Positions 26,990-37,296 of a stretch of DNA of 38,055 nt are shown piece by piece (positions within the stretch are counted from its first letter, which is position 1; each line of letters opens with the position of its first letter). The DNA is from Polyangiaceae bacterium (lineage in GTDB: Bacteria > Myxococcota_A > Polyangia > Polyangiales > Polyangiaceae), in NCBI GenBank assembly GCA_035063585.1, contig JAPSGB010000042.1:1-38055 (forward strand). The letters run 5' to 3'. Position numbers and translations under genes: made by a program. The notes under the pieces are model-generated. The model did no database searches. It was not told where the DNA came from and saw only the letters and a list, made by a program, of their open reading frames with translations.

Positions 26990-27538
26990 TCACATCACCT
27001 CGACCTCGAGCGTCACGTCGCGCTTCTCGATCAGGCACTTGTCCTCGGAGCAGACCGAGAAGCTGTACCTGCCGGCGATCTTCTTCTTGCCGGCCGAGGT
27101 GGGCGTGAACGGGATGGTCATGGTCGCCTGCATGTGCTCGAGCTTCACCGCGTCGCGCGCGACCACCTTCGACGGGTAGCTGACGCCGGGCGACTCCTCG
27201 AGCGTGAGCTTGTAGGGGTACTCGGGGTTCGAGTGGTAGGGTGCCTTCGCCTGGAGCACGAGCTCGACCTTCCCCGGCTCTCCAGCCTTGTAGGCGCCGG
27301 CGGGCTTCAGCACGACGTCGAAGTGCGCCTCGCTGATCGCGCTCGCCGCGGGGGAAGGGCTGCCGGGTGTCTGGGTCGTCGCGGCCGGCGGCGCGGACCC
27401 GGCGCCGCGCTCGGCGCGCTCGGTACCCGCCTTGCTACAACCAGCGAGGAGCGATGCCCCGGCCACGAGCGCGACAGCGACGCGAACGCCGCGACGGCTC
27501 GCGTTGACTGCGACGGATCCCTCGAACGTGGAGCGCAT
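26990..27538 (-). CDS. Lipoprotein with DsbD-N-like Ig fold and CxxxxC motif
   Basis: Lipobox LLAGC, PYHSNPEYP, and C-terminal YSFSVCSEDKC. Confidence 0.6.
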   Translation of the reverse strand: MRSTFEGSVAVNASRRGVRVAVALVAGASLLAGCSKAGTERAERGAGSAPPAATTQTPGSPSPAASAISEAHFDVVLKPAGAYKAGEPGKVELVLQAKAPYHSNPEYPYKLTLEESPGVSYPSKVVARDAVKLEHMQATMTIPFTPTSAGKKKIAGRYSFSVCSEDKCLIEKRDVTLEVEVM

Positions 27539-27623
27539 GCGGCGTCGGACTAGCACACGTCCTCCGACCTCACCACACCGCGGCGCGCCGCCCTGCAGCG
27601 CAGGCGGCCGCCCGCCGACACGC

Positions 27624-28943
27624 TCAGCGCATCACGAGGACGACGATGACGACGCCGAGGATGAGCGCCGCGCCGCCGACGACGGCGATGATCCAGAGCG
27701 CCGAGCCGCTCTTCGGGATCACCGCGAGCTCATCCGCGGTTTCCTGGAAACTCGCGCCGGCGGCGGACCCGCCGACCGGCATCGGCGGCGCGGGGGGCGC
27801 GAAGGGGTCGTTCATCGCCTCGAGGCTCGAGGCTTCGCCGAAGAAGGAGTCGGCGGCGCCGTCGGTGACCGCCGCGGCAGGGGGCGGCGCGACCATCAAG
27901 GCGGGCAGCTGGGCCTCGATCTGAGCGGTGAGTGCCCGCTCATCGGCGCGCGCCCAGTCGAGGTGGTTGCCGCCGAGGCCGTAGGCGCCACCCACCGCGT
28001 CGGCGAGCGCGCCCATGCTCGCGATCCTGAGCGCCGCCTGCTTCTTCAGCGCGTAGAGCATCACGCGATCGAGCGTGGGAGGGACCGGAAACGTCTGACC
28101 CGTCGCGGCCACGCTCGGCGGCGGTGGTTCCTTGGTCAAGATCTGGAGCAGGATGCTCGGACCGTTGACGCCCTGGAACGGCACTTGACCGGTCACGCAC
28201 TCGTAGGTGATGGCGCCCATCGCCCAGACGTCGGCGCGCTGATCGAGCGTGTCGAGCGCCTGCGCCTGCTCGGGTGCCATGTAATAGGGCGAGCCGAGCG
28301 TGGTCCCCATCACGGTCAGCTTCTTCGCGTTGTCGGCCTTGTCCTTGACCGAGCCGAAATCGAGGAGCTTCACGATGTCGCCCTCGTGCGTCTGGCAGAG
28401 AAAGATGTTGTCCGGCTTGAGGTCGCGATGAACGAGCTTCCGTTCGTGCGCGACGTCGAGCGCGAGCGCCGCCTGGCTCAGCATGCGAACCAGCCGCCCC
28501 GGAGAGATCACGTGCTCGCGCTTGAGCGTGTTTCGGAGCTCCTCACCATACAGGAACTCCATCACGAGCGCGTAGCTGCCGTCTCCGCTCGGTACGAAGT
28601 CGAGGACATCGACGATGTGCTCGTGGGGGAGCTGCTTGCTCACCTCGAACTCACGCTTGAAGCGCTCTACCGCGATCGCGTCGGAGACGACCTCCGGGTG
28701 CAGGATCTTCAAGGCGACGTTGCGGCGCTCGTGCGTGTCGAGGCCCTCGTAGACCCGCCCCATGCCCCCATCGGCGACCACCCGGCGGATCTGGTAGCGC
28801 CCGGCGACGAGCTGTCCGACGCGAGGATCGTGCTCGTCACTCGCGACCGGTACCTGGGTCGCACTGGTGAGCGCCTGGCCGTCGACCGGACAGAAGCCCG
28901 CATCCTCCGGGTACATGCGCCCGCATGCGGGGCATGCCTTCAT
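27624..28943 (-). CDS. Hanks-type Ser/Thr protein kinase with N-terminal zinc ribbon and C-terminal TM
   Basis: CPAC...CPVD N-terminus, GGMGRVY, VALK, HRDLKPDN, DFG, YMAPE and DVW, with a hydrophobic C-terminus. Confidence 0.95.
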   Translation of the reverse strand: MKACPACGRMYPEDAGFCPVDGQALTSATQVPVASDEHDPRVGQLVAGRYQIRRVVADGGMGRVYEGLDTHERRNVALKILHPEVVSDAIAVERFKREFEVSKQLPHEHIVDVLDFVPSGDGSYALVMEFLYGEELRNTLKREHVISPGRLVRMLSQAALALDVAHERKLVHRDLKPDNIFLCQTHEGDIVKLLDFGSVKDKADNAKKLTVMGTTLGSPYYMAPEQAQALDTLDQRADVWAMGAITYECVTGQVPFQGVNGPSILLQILTKEPPPPSVAATGQTFPVPPTLDRVMLYALKKQAALRIASMGALADAVGGAYGLGGNHLDWARADERALTAQIEAQLPALMVAPPPAAAVTDGAADSFFGEASSLEAMNDPFAPPAPPMPVGGSAAGASFQETADELAVIPKSGSALWIIAVVGGAALILGVVIVVLVMR

Positions 28944-28992
28944 TTATCCATCGCTCCCCCGCTCCCGGCCGGCCGCCCGCGAGCTGCTCGCG

Positions 28993-29760
28993 TCAAGGGC
29001 TACTCGATGCGGCATCGGCTTGCGCCTCCGCGACGGGCTGGCGGAAGTAGAGAATACGGTTGCAGCTCGGGCACTGCTCGAAGTCCTCACAGCGCATCAG
29101 CTTCTGGAACATCATCGGCGGCAGGATGATGTGGCACTCGCTGCACATCCCTGCGGATACCGCGTCGCCCGAGGTGGTGAACGCGATCGCCTTCCCACGG
29201 CGCTTGCGGATCAGCTCGTAGCGCCGATAGAGCACCGGCTGGACCGCGCCGACCAGCGATTTTCGCTCTTCCTCCTTGGCGGACACCTGCTCTTCGAGCT
29301 CGCCGAGTCGGCCGGTGACCGCGCCCTCGGTGCTCCCGAGCTCTGCGCCCAGAGTCTCCCGCTTCGCGGAGGTGCTGTCGATCTCGACGCGCGCCTGCTC
29401 GAGCAACCCTACCAGCTTCTCGATCTCGATCTCGCGGTCGCGGTAGATCTTACGAATCTCCTCGATTTCGCGCTGAGCCGCGTTCGCCTCGCGCTCGGTC
29501 CGACAGCGGCCGAGCTTCTCGCGCGAGCGCTCGACCTGCTGGCTCATCTGCCGAACTTCCAGCATGAGATCATTTCTCATGCGTTCCATGCCCTCGAAGC
29601 TCTGGCGGTCGCGCGCCAGCTTTGCATCCAGCTCATCCAGATGCTCTCGCTTCTGGGTCAGGGCGTCGCGCTCGCGACGAAGCTCTTCGCTGATCTCTCG
29701 CAAGTCGGCGTCGACGGCGGAAAGCCCTTCCAGGGCTTCAATCTGCGCTTGGATGTTCAC
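28993..29760 (-). CDS. Coiled-coil + C4 zinc-ribbon protein (DUF164/CT398/HP0958 family)
   Basis: Long coiled coil, YELIRKRRG, CSEC...LPP...CPSCNRILY. The start is probably GTG 29760. Confidence 0.9.
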   Translation of the reverse strand: MNIQAQIEALEGLSAVDADLREISEELRRERDALTQKREHLDELDAKLARDRQSFEGMERMRNDLMLEVRQMSQQVERSREKLGRCRTEREANAAQREIEEIRKIYRDREIEIEKLVGLLEQARVEIDSTSAKRETLGAELGSTEGAVTGRLGELEEQVSAKEEERKSLVGAVQPVLYRRYELIRKRRGKAIAFTTSGDAVSAGMCSECHIILPPMMFQKLMRCEDFEQCPSCNRILYFRQPVAEAQADAASSSP

Positions 29761-29830
29761 GTTGGGATGGGGCTCCTTGCCCTGCGCGAAATGAGCGAGC
29801 CTGGGCGCACGCGCCACCGCCCAGTCCTAG

Positions 29831-29904
29831 TGGGCCCACCTGGGTTCGAACCAGGAACAGCCCGGTTATGAGCCGGGGGCTCTGACCGATTGAGCTATGG
29901 GCCC
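29831..29904 (-). tRNA. tRNA with CAU anticodon, most likely tRNA-Ile2 (lysidine-modified); CCA not encoded
   Basis: GGGCCCA/TGGGCCC acceptor stem with A73, D-arm TAGCTCAATCGGTCAGAGC, anticodon arm CCCGG-CTCATAA-CCGGG and T-arm GGTTCGAA. G1-C72 pairing argues against fMet, and the acceptor stem is Ile-like. Followed by CTA. Confidence 0.93.
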
Positions 29905-30127
29905 GAGCGGCGCTACCCAGGGCCGAGGCAGGGCTCACGGCTCGGCCCGGCCCCTGCGCCGGCGGAGCTGAGGCGAGAAAAGGGCGGGCATTTCTCCCCT
30001 CCCTTCGACTCTCGCACGCAAGCTCCACGCGGCGAAACCTAGTCGAATCGGCTCGTCGGGGCAACACCGCGCATGCCTCGCCCCGGCCCGCGCCGCGCTC
30101 CGTCGTGTCGCCGGGGCCGCGCGCCGG

Positions 30128-31078
30128 TCAGCGGGTGGTTCGAGACGGGACCGCGTCGCCCTTTTCGGCGGGCGCGGCCGCCGCGCAGCAGCGAAATCCC
30201 ACCTGGTAGAAGCGAAACCACTGATTGTGATCCACGGTCATCGGACGGCAGCGAGCCCTCACCGGCCCAAAGTAGCCCCCCTTCAACCCCGAGACGACCG
30301 GATCTCGGCTCTCGTTCACGACCCACTCGTCCACGTTGCCCGTCATGTCGTGAACGCCGAACGGGCTCACGCACCGAGCCATGCTCCCGCTCGGGACCCG
30401 CTGGTCGATCCGCGCGAGCTCCGCGGCGACCTTCCGCGGCTCGTCGAAGGCGGCGAGATCGGGCAAGCGGTAGCGGCGATCGATGTTGCAGGCCGATGAA
30501 TCGCGCGTATACCCGTAAGGGTACGGAAGACGCTCGGTGCCCTCGCACGCGAAGGTCCACTCGCTCGCGGTACACAGGCGCTTGTGCTCGGCGCGGCACG
30601 CGGCAGCCGCGTCTTCCCAGCTCACCATCACCGCCGGCAGCACGCCGGCGAGGTTGGGGTATTCGTAGCGATCGATGCAGAAGCGCCGTAGCTGCAGCCT
30701 GCCTTCGCAAATCGGCGGCGGCGCGTAGCGCTCGCAGCGGTCGGCCTTCTCGCTCAGCCACTTGACGCAGCGATGACCGACGTAAGGGCACCAGGTGCCC
30801 TCGACGAGCAGCATACCCCCGGGACAAGCGGCGGGCGGCTCATCGAGCTCCCGGGCTCGGGTGGTCGGCTGGGTCGCCGCCGGTGGAGCGCCCGGCGTCG
30901 CAGCGGCCGGGCGCGCGCCGCCGGCGCTCGGCGGCACGCGCTGCGGGCGCGCCGCAGGCGCGAGCACCACCGGTCGCGCGGCCCGGTGGTGTGACCAGCT
31001 CGCGAGCGCGACGACGACGACGGCGGCGACGCCGACGACCGCCGCTCCCGCGAGCCCACGGCTCCTGGAGGCGGTCAC
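30128..31078 (-). CDS. FGE/SUMF1-domain (formylglycine-generating enzyme fold) Cys-rich exported protein
   Basis: N-terminal TM, CPGGMLLVEG, FCIDRYE, KRLCTASEWTFAC, SPFGVHDMTGNVDEW and GFRCC. Confidence 0.88.
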   Translation of the reverse strand: MTASRSRGLAGAAVVGVAAVVVVALASWSHHRAARPVVLAPAARPQRVPPSAGGARPAAATPGAPPAATQPTTRARELDEPPAACPGGMLLVEGTWCPYVGHRCVKWLSEKADRCERYAPPPICEGRLQLRRFCIDRYEYPNLAGVLPAVMVSWEDAAAACRAEHKRLCTASEWTFACEGTERLPYPYGYTRDSSACNIDRRYRLPDLAAFDEPRKVAAELARIDQRVPSGSMARCVSPFGVHDMTGNVDEWVVNESRDPVVSGLKGGYFGPVRARCRPMTVDHNQWFRFYQVGFRCCAAAAPAEKGDAVPSRTTR

Positions 31079-31191
31079 CGCGAACCCACCGAGGCTCGAG
31101 TACTTGCCAGCGGAGCGACTCCGCGTGTTCGTCCGCCCGCGCGCATCCGATGCCGCGCGTCCGCCGCGATTGTGGTTAGATGAAGCCGCGT

Positions 31192-34095
31192 ATGAGTCGT
31201 CTCGTCATCCGGGGGGCCGCACAGCACAATCTGAAGAACGTGAGCTGCGAGCTGCCACGTGACAAGCTCGTCGTCATCACCGGTCCGAGCGGATCGGGCA
31301 AGTCCTCGCTCGCTTTCGACACGATCTACGCCGAAGGTCAACGCCGATACGTCGAGTCGCTCTCGGCCTATGCGCGGCAATTCCTCGACCAGCTGCCCAA
31401 GCCGCGGGTCGAGAGCATCGAGGGGCTCAGCCCCGCCATCGCCATCGAGCAACGCGCGCTCGGCAAGAGTCCGCGCTCGACGGTGGGGACGGTCACCGAG
31501 ATCGCCGACTACCTGCGCCTCTTGTTCGCTCGCGTCGGTGTCCCGCACTGCCCGATCTCGGGGAAGGTGCTGCACGCCTACACCGTCCAAGAGATCGTCG
31601 ACGCCATCATGCTGCGGGGCGAGGGCGCCCGCGCCGCCATCTTGGCGCCGATCGTGCGGCAGAAGAAGGGCGAGCTTCGCACGGAGCTCGAACGACTGCG
31701 ACGTGACGGGTTCGTCAGGGCGCGGCTCGACGGCGCGGCGATCGATCTCGGCGAACACATCGTTGTCGACCGACAGAAGCTACACGACCTCGACGTCGTC
31801 ATCGACCGCATCGTGGTGAGAGATGGCGCCAAGGGGCGCATCACCGACTCGGTCGAGCTCGCGCTCCGGCTCGGTGACGGCACCCTGCTCATCGACGCCA
31901 CGGACGGCACCGAGCCGGTCGTCATGAGCGAGCGGCTCGTGAGCTGGGAGTATGGCATCACGCTCCCTCCTCTCGAGCCGCGACTCTTCTCTTTCAACAG
32001 TCCGCACGGCGCCTGCCCGAGCTGCGGCGGGCTCGGAGTGCGCTCCGCGGTCGACGCCGGGCGGGTGATTCCGGACCCCTCCCGGAGCCTGCGCCAGGGC
32101 GCAGTCGCGGCGTTCGGGCGGCGCGGCTCGGTAGCGACGGCCACCGAAGTGGCCCGGGTCGTGTCACTCCTCGGGGTCGACCCCGACGTCCCGTGGTCGG
32201 AGCTGCCCGAGGCGCAGCAGCACGCGATCCTCCATGGCGTCGCCGCGAGCGCGGGGCGACGGCGCGGGCGCCACGAGCCCTACGAGGGAGTGCTCCCGAG
32301 ACTCGAGCGCATGCTCGAGACGGGCGCCGCGGACGATGGAGAACATGAGCTCGACGATGGCGCGATCGGTCCGGAGGACCTCGGTCGCTTCGTGGTCGAT
32401 CAGGTCTGCGAGTCCTGTGCCGGCAAGCGGCTCCGCTCGGAGGCGCTCGCAGTCAAGCTCGGAGGCAAGACGATCGCGGAGCTATCGAGCCTCCCGCTTC
32501 GCAAGCTCCGCCAAGCGCTCGAGGAGCTCTCGACGAGCGGCGAGCTCACCGGCCGCGACACGACGGTGGCCGGGCCGCTCCTTCGCGCGGTCACCGAACG
32601 ACTCGGCTTCTTGATCGAGGTCGGGCTCGACTACCTCGCGCTCGATCGCTCGGCGCAGACGCTGTCCGGCGGCGAGGGGCAACGCATCCGTCTAGCGACC
32701 CAGATCGGCGCGTCGCTGGTCGGGGTGCTCTACGTCCTCGACGAGCCGTCGGTTGGGCTCCACGCGCGGGACAATGCGCGACTCATCGAGGCGGTGCGGC
32801 GGCTGGTCGACAAGGGCAACAGCGTCATCGTGGTCGAGCACGATCGGGACGCCATTCTGGCGGCCGACCACGTGGTGGACATGGGCCCCGGCGCTGGCGC
32901 GCTCGGCGGCCGCATCGTCGCCGAGGGCACGCCCGAAGCGCTGACTCGGGATCCGCGCTCGGTGACCGGGCCTTACCTGAGCGGGGAGAAGCGCCTGCCC
33001 ATCCCCGAGCGGCGACACGAGCCGGGCCGAGACCGCCTGCGCTTGGTCGGCGCCCGGGCCCACAATCTCCAAGAGGTCACGGTCGACATCCCGCTCGGGC
33101 TCATCACCGCGGTGACGGGCGTCAGCGGCTCGGGCAAGAGCAGCCTCATCGTCGACACCTTGCTGAGCGCCGCCCGCGCCGAGCTCTACGGCGCCACCGG
33201 CTGGGTCGGTCCATATGACCGCCTGGAAGGGCTCTCGGAAATCGACAAGGTGATCAGCATCGATCAAGCGCCGATCGGCCGCACACCGCGCTCGAACCCC
33301 GCCACCTACACGGGCATCTTCACCCACCTCCGCGAGCTCTACTCCGGGCTGCCGGACGCGCGCGCGCGCGGTTACAAGCCGGGTCGCTTCTCGTTCAACG
33401 TGAAAGGTGGCCGCTGTGAGTCCTGCCAGGGCGACGGCGTGCTCCGCGTCGAGATGCACTTCCTCCCGGACGTCTACGTGCTGTGCGACGCCTGCGGCGG
33501 GAGACGCTATAATCGCGAGACGCTCGAGGTGCTCTATCGCGGCCTCTCGATCGCCGACGCGCTCGACCTCACGGTGGACGACGCCACCGCCATCTTCGAG
33601 TCGATCCCGCGCATCAGCCAGCGACTCGCGGCGCTTCGTCAGGTCGGGCTCGGCTACATCCAGCTCGGCCAACCGGCGACGACGCTCTCGGGCGGCGAGG
33701 CCCAGCGCGTGAAGCTCGCGGGAGAGCTCGCGAGAAAGGCGACCGGGCGCACCCTCTACGTCCTCGACGAGCCGACCACCGGCCTGCACTTCGCCGATAT
33801 CGAGCTCTTGGCCCACGCGCTCATGGGGCTCCGCGACGCCGGCAACTCGATCGTCATCATCGAGCACAACATCGATCTCATCGCCTGCGCCGACTGGGTG
33901 ATTGACGTCGGCCCCGAGGGCGGCGAGGGCGGCGGCCGGATCGTGGCGGAAGGGACCCCGGAGGAGGTGGCGCAGGTCGCCGGGAGCCACACGGGCCGCT
34001 ACCTCGCGCTCGCTCTCCCCCCTCAGAGCGCCAAGGGGCAGCGTTCAGCGAAGCCGTCGACTCGCCCCAGCTCGAAGCGTACCCGGCGCGGCTGA
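31192..34095 (+). CDS. uvrA: Excinuclease ABC subunit A
   Basis: [44 protein letters not shown], second Walker [19 protein letters not shown] and [12 protein letters not shown]. Confidence 0.98.
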   Translation: MSRLVIRGAAQHNLKNVSCELPRDKLVVITGPSGSGKSSLAFDTIYAEGQRRYVESLSAYARQFLDQLPKPRVESIEGLSPAIAIEQRALGKSPRSTVGTVTEIADYLRLLFARVGVPHCPISGKVLHAYTVQEIVDAIMLRGEGARAAILAPIVRQKKGELRTELERLRRDGFVRARLDGAAIDLGEHIVVDRQKLHDLDVVIDRIVVRDGAKGRITDSVELALRLGDGTLLIDATDGTEPVVMSERLVSWEYGITLPPLEPRLFSFNSPHGACPSCGGLGVRSAVDAGRVIPDPSRSLRQGAVAAFGRRGSVATATEVARVVSLLGVDPDVPWSELPEAQQHAILHGVAASAGRRRGRHEPYEGVLPRLERMLETGAADDGEHELDDGAIGPEDLGRFVVDQVCESCAGKRLRSEALAVKLGGKTIAELSSLPLRKLRQALEELSTSGELTGRDTTVAGPLLRAVTERLGFLIEVGLDYLALDRSAQTLSGGEGQRIRLATQIGASLVGVLYVLDEPSVGLHARDNARLIEAVRRLVDKGNSVIVVEHDRDAILAADHVVDMGPGAGALGGRIVAEGTPEALTRDPRSVTGPYLSGEKRLPIPERRHEPGRDRLRLVGARAHNLQEVTVDIPLGLITAVTGVSGSGKSSLIVDTLLSAARAELYGATGWVGPYDRLEGLSEIDKVISIDQAPIGRTPRSNPATYTGIFTHLRELYSGLPDARARGYKPGRFSFNVKGGRCESCQGDGVLRVEMHFLPDVYVLCDACGGRRYNRETLEVLYRGLSIADALDLTVDDATAIFESIPRISQRLAALRQVGLGYIQLGQPATTLSGGEAQRVKLAGELARKATGRTLYVLDEPTTGLHFADIELLAHALMGLRDAGNSIVIIEHNIDLIACADWVIDVGPEGGEGGGRIVAEGTPEEVAQVAGSHTGRYLALALPPQSAKGQRSAKPSTRPSSKRTRRG

Positions 34096-34113
34096 GCCCG
34101 AGCGCGCGGGGCG

Positions 34114-34476
34114 CTACCCGAAGTCCTTCTCGACTCGCTCCTGGTCTTCCTTGCAACGGATGCAGAGCGTCGTCTCGGGGCGCGCCTCGAGGCGCTTCAC
34201 GGAGATCTTCTCTCCGCAGTCGTCGCAGACGCCGAACGTCCCCCGGTCGATCTTCTCGAGCGCCTTCTGGATCTTGTCGAGGAACACCTTCTCGCGTCCG
34301 CGCAGGCGGAAGGTGAACGACTGCAGATACTCGCTCGACGCGAGATCCATCTCGTCCGGCAGATCGTTCGAGTCGAGGGTCATGTCTTCGTCGAGCGTCT
34401 GCTGAGCGCGCTTGATGATTTCCTGTCGCTTGGACTCCAGCAGCTCACGGAACTTCTTGAGTTGGGGCTTCGTCAT
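34114..34476 (-). CDS. dksA: DksA/TraR C4-zinc-finger transcription factor
   Basis: DEMDLASSE (DxxDxA tip motif), and CDDC...RLEARP...LCIRCKE. 120 aa from ATG 34476. Confidence 0.92.
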   Translation of the reverse strand: MTKPQLKKFRELLESKRQEIIKRAQQTLDEDMTLDSNDLPDEMDLASSEYLQSFTFRLRGREKVFLDKIQKALEKIDRGTFGVCDDCGEKISVKRLEARPETTLCIRCKEDQERVEKDFG

Positions 34477-34524
34477 CTTCGGCTCGCGAGGTCTGTCTCT
34501 CCCCCGTCTCTTCGGGAGCCCCTC

Positions 34525-34553
34525 AACATAGAAACCGGGCGGCGCGCCGTCAA
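34525..34553 (-). promoter_or_regulatory. Sigma-70-type promoter of dksA (TTGACG-N17-TATGTT)
   Basis: Near-consensus -35 and -10 with an exact 17-nt spacer, about 50 nt upstream of the ATG. Confidence 0.7.
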
Positions 34554-34645
34554 CGGGCTCCGGCCCGCGAGGGCCGGGCCAGAGCGCCCGGGCGGCCGGC
34601 CCCGCCACCGCCCACGGGCCCGTGGGATATGGCAAGCTCGCCTCA

Positions 34646-35515
34646 ATGCTCGACTTTTCTGATGAACGGCCGGCTCCTCCGACGCGTGACGCGGCCACCG
34701 TCGTGGTCGTCCGCGAGGGCGCCACGGGTCTCGAGCTCTTCTGCGTGAAGCGTCACGCGCGCTCGGGGTTCCTGGGCGGCGCGGTGGTCTTCCCCGGCGG
34801 CAAGGTCGAGCCGACGGACGAGCTCGACGACTGGACCAGCCTCGCGACCGAGCTCGCGCCTCGCGCTCGAGAGCTCGCGACCGAGGAGCCGCTGGCGCGA
34901 GCCTTCGCGGTCGCGGCGCTCCGCGAGCTGCTCGAGGAGGCGGCAATCCTTCCGGTCGCTGGCGCCGCGCTCAGCGCCGCGCAGACGCTGTCACTCCGCG
35001 TCGAGCTCGCCGATATCGGCGGCGCGGGCGGCGCGTTCGCGACGCTGCTCCGCCGTCATGGGCTCCGCGCCGACACCGCCCGGCTCGAGGCGCTCTGGCG
35101 CTGGGTCACGCCCACCGCTGAGTCGCGCCGCTATGACACCCGCTTTTACGTCCTCCCCGCGCCCGAAGGGCAGACGGGGCACCACGACGAGCACGAGACG
35201 ACGTCGAGCTTCTGGTCGACCCCGGAGGAGCTGCTCGCGCGCTGGGCGCGAGGTGAGATCATGCTGGCGCCCCCCACCATCCGCACCGCCGAGCTCTTCC
35301 GCGCTGCGCCGAGCGTCGACCAGGCTCTCGCCATCGCGCGCGCGCAGTCGCTCGAGCCGGTGTGTCCGCACTTCACGATGGACGGCGACACCGCGGTGCT
35401 CGCACTGCCGGGCGATCCGCTGTTTCCGGTGCGAGGTCCGGCTCCGAGCGATCCGACCGCACCCACTCGCTTCGTCCTCGTCGACGGGCGCTTCGTCGGA
35501 CGACGCGTCCTCTGA
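34646..35515 (+). CDS. NUDIX hydrolase (NUDT19-like)
   Basis: RDAATVVV, VFPGGKVE...AALRELLEEAAI, WVTP...RRYDTRFY and LAPPT. Confidence 0.88.
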   Translation: MLDFSDERPAPPTRDAATVVVVREGATGLELFCVKRHARSGFLGGAVVFPGGKVEPTDELDDWTSLATELAPRARELATEEPLARAFAVAALRELLEEAAILPVAGAALSAAQTLSLRVELADIGGAGGAFATLLRRHGLRADTARLEALWRWVTPTAESRRYDTRFYVLPAPEGQTGHHDEHETTSSFWSTPEELLARWARGEIMLAPPTIRTAELFRAAPSVDQALAIARAQSLEPVCPHFTMDGDTAVLALPGDPLFPVRGPAPSDPTAPTRFVLVDGRFVGRRVL

Positions 35516-35583
35516 CGAGGCTCGTCCGGCCGAGCGGGATGGCGGTCCGGCGCGGCCGGCGTCGCGTCGCGTCGGCGCGCGCC

Positions 35584-37296
35584 TCAGTGTCCGTCTCGGT
35601 AGGCGCGGATCGCGTTCACGATCGAGTCGGCGAGCTTGTCACGATAAGCCGCGCTATCGAGGCGCGCCTCGTCGACCGGGTTCGAGATGAAGGTGGTCTC
35701 GAAGAGCACCGCGGGCATACGCGCGCCGGCGAGGACGTAGAACCCCGCGCGCTTGACCCCTTGGTCGGAGACGTCCGGGTAGCCCGCCCGCAGCGAAGCC
35801 ATCGCCGCCCGCTGGAGGAGCTCGGCCAAGTGCACTGATTGGCCGATGCTGTCGGCGTCGAGCACGCGGCTCATCACGGTGGCGAGCTCGGCAGCGGCCG
35901 ACGCGGACGCGGCGTTCTCGCGAGCGGCGACGTGGCTCGCGAGGACGTCGGGCGAGGCGTCGAGGACGAAGGTCATGACCCCGCGGCTCGCGGGGTTCTC
36001 GCTGGCGTTGCAGTGGATCGACACGAAGAGATCCGCCTGGAACGCGTTGGCGCGCGCGGTGCGCTCGTCGAGCGGGACGGTGTCGTCGCCATCGCGCGTG
36101 AGCAGCGTGGAGATCCCGAGCTCGCGCGCGACGAGCGGCGCCGCGCGGTGCGCGATGTCCAGGGTGACGTCCTTCTCACGCAGGCCGGCTGGACCAATCG
36201 CGCCCGGATCGCGGCCGCCGTGCCCGGGGTCGAGCACCACGCGCCGCACCGTGCGCGCGCCTCCAGCGGCCGAGGCGGCCCCGGCGCGCGGCGGCGCGTC
36301 CCGCGCGACGTCGATGACGAGCCGAAACGGCTCCGGCAGGTAGAAGATGCGGTGGTGCACCGGTGCGGTCAAGTCGAGCACCACGCGGAGATCTTCCTTC
36401 TGGCGCCCGGCCCGAACCCGCTCGACCACGCCGCCCGCCGCGAGCTCCTTCGCCCCCCGGTAGCTGGCGTCGTGGATGTCGACGTAGAGACGCGGCCCGC
36501 GTCCCCCTCCCTGTCCCGGCAGCGAACCGACGCTGAAGGTCGTCGGGCGCGTCACGAACACCACGACGCGCGCCGAGTCCTTGCCCGGGTAACGCTCGAT
36601 GCTGGTGACGCGAGCCGGCCCGCTCGGTGTCGCCGAGGAGAGCGTCGGGACGACCACCATCCCGCCCGCCTGGGCCGAGGCCCCCCCCTCGGCGAGCGCG
36701 CCGCCGCCATCCGGCCCGGGCGGATGTTCGAGCGTTCGTTCGAGCTCGACGAGCACGCTCGGGAGCGGCCTGAAGGCGCCGAGCATCGCGAGCGCGTGCT
36801 TCACTCGGAGCTCGCAGGCCGGTTCGCTGAACCTCGCCCGCAAGAGGTAGAGTTCGCGGTACGTCTGCGCCGGATCCGCGCGAAACTCACCCTCGAGCAG
36901 GGCGCGCTCGATGCCCCCGGCGCAGGCGCCTTGGGGGCTCGCCCGCTCGGCCGCGCGAAAGAGCTCGATGGCCTCGAGCGCGTCGGCGTCCTTGTGCTCG
37001 ACGCGCCAGAGACGGCGGCGGAGAGCGGCCGCCGCGCCGAGCAGCTTGCCGCCCTCCTCGCCTCCCTTGCGAGAGCCGCTCACCGCCAGCGCGTCGGCGT
37101 GCGCGACCGCCTCGAGGCGAGGCGGGAGTATCTCCACGCTCGAGCCGAGCGCCGGCGCGCTCGGCGGCGCCGGCGTCGGCGCGCGGCGGGCCTCGCATCC
37201 CGCCGCGCTCCACGCGACGAGCGCGAGGAGCGCTCCCGCGAGCGTGGCAGGGACGATACCGAGGAGTGAGCGTCGCCGCGCCGAATAGAGTTCGAT
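35584..37296 (-). CDS. amiC: N-acetylmuramoyl-L-alanine amidase (AMIN + Amidase_3), lipoprotein; start uncertain
   Basis: VVLDPGHGGRDPGA, EKDVTL, SIHCNA, FYVLAGARMPAVLFETTFISN and AMIN-like PFRLVIDV. The frame stays open upstream of GTG 37137 and encodes a signal peptide with a lipobox. Confidence 0.88.
   Translation of the reverse strand: MELYSARRRSLLGIVPATLAGALLALVAWSAAGCEARRAPTPAPPSAPALGSSVEILPPRLEAVAHADALAVSGSRKGGEEGGKLLGAAAALRRRLWRVEHKDADALEAIELFRAAERASPQGACAGGIERALLEGEFRADPAQTYRELYLLRARFSEPACELRVKHALAMLGAFRPLPSVLVELERTLEHPPGPDGGGALAEGGASAQAGGMVVVPTLSSATPSGPARVTSIERYPGKDSARVVVFVTRPTTFSVGSLPGQGGGRGPRLYVDIHDASYRGAKELAAGGVVERVRAGRQKEDLRVVLDLTAPVHHRIFYLPEPFRLVIDVARDAPPRAGAASAAGGARTVRRVVLDPGHGGRDPGAIGPAGLREKDVTLDIAHRAAPLVARELGISTLLTRDGDDTVPLDERTARANAFQADLFVSIHCNASENPASRGVMTFVLDASPDVLASHVAARENAASASAAAELATVMSRVLDADSIGQSVHLAELLQRAAMASLRAGYPDVSDQGVKRAGFYVLAGARMPAVLFETTFISNPVDEARLDSAAYRDKLADSIVNAIRAYRDGH

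Noticed and set aside
29760..30127. Genomic island or prophage integrated at the tRNA
   Set aside because: There is no integrase, no duplicated tRNA 3' end and no visible compositional shift. The flanking genes look like core genes.
31079..31191. LexA/SOS box upstream of uvrA
   Set aside because: No convincing palindrome or match to the LexA boxes I know.
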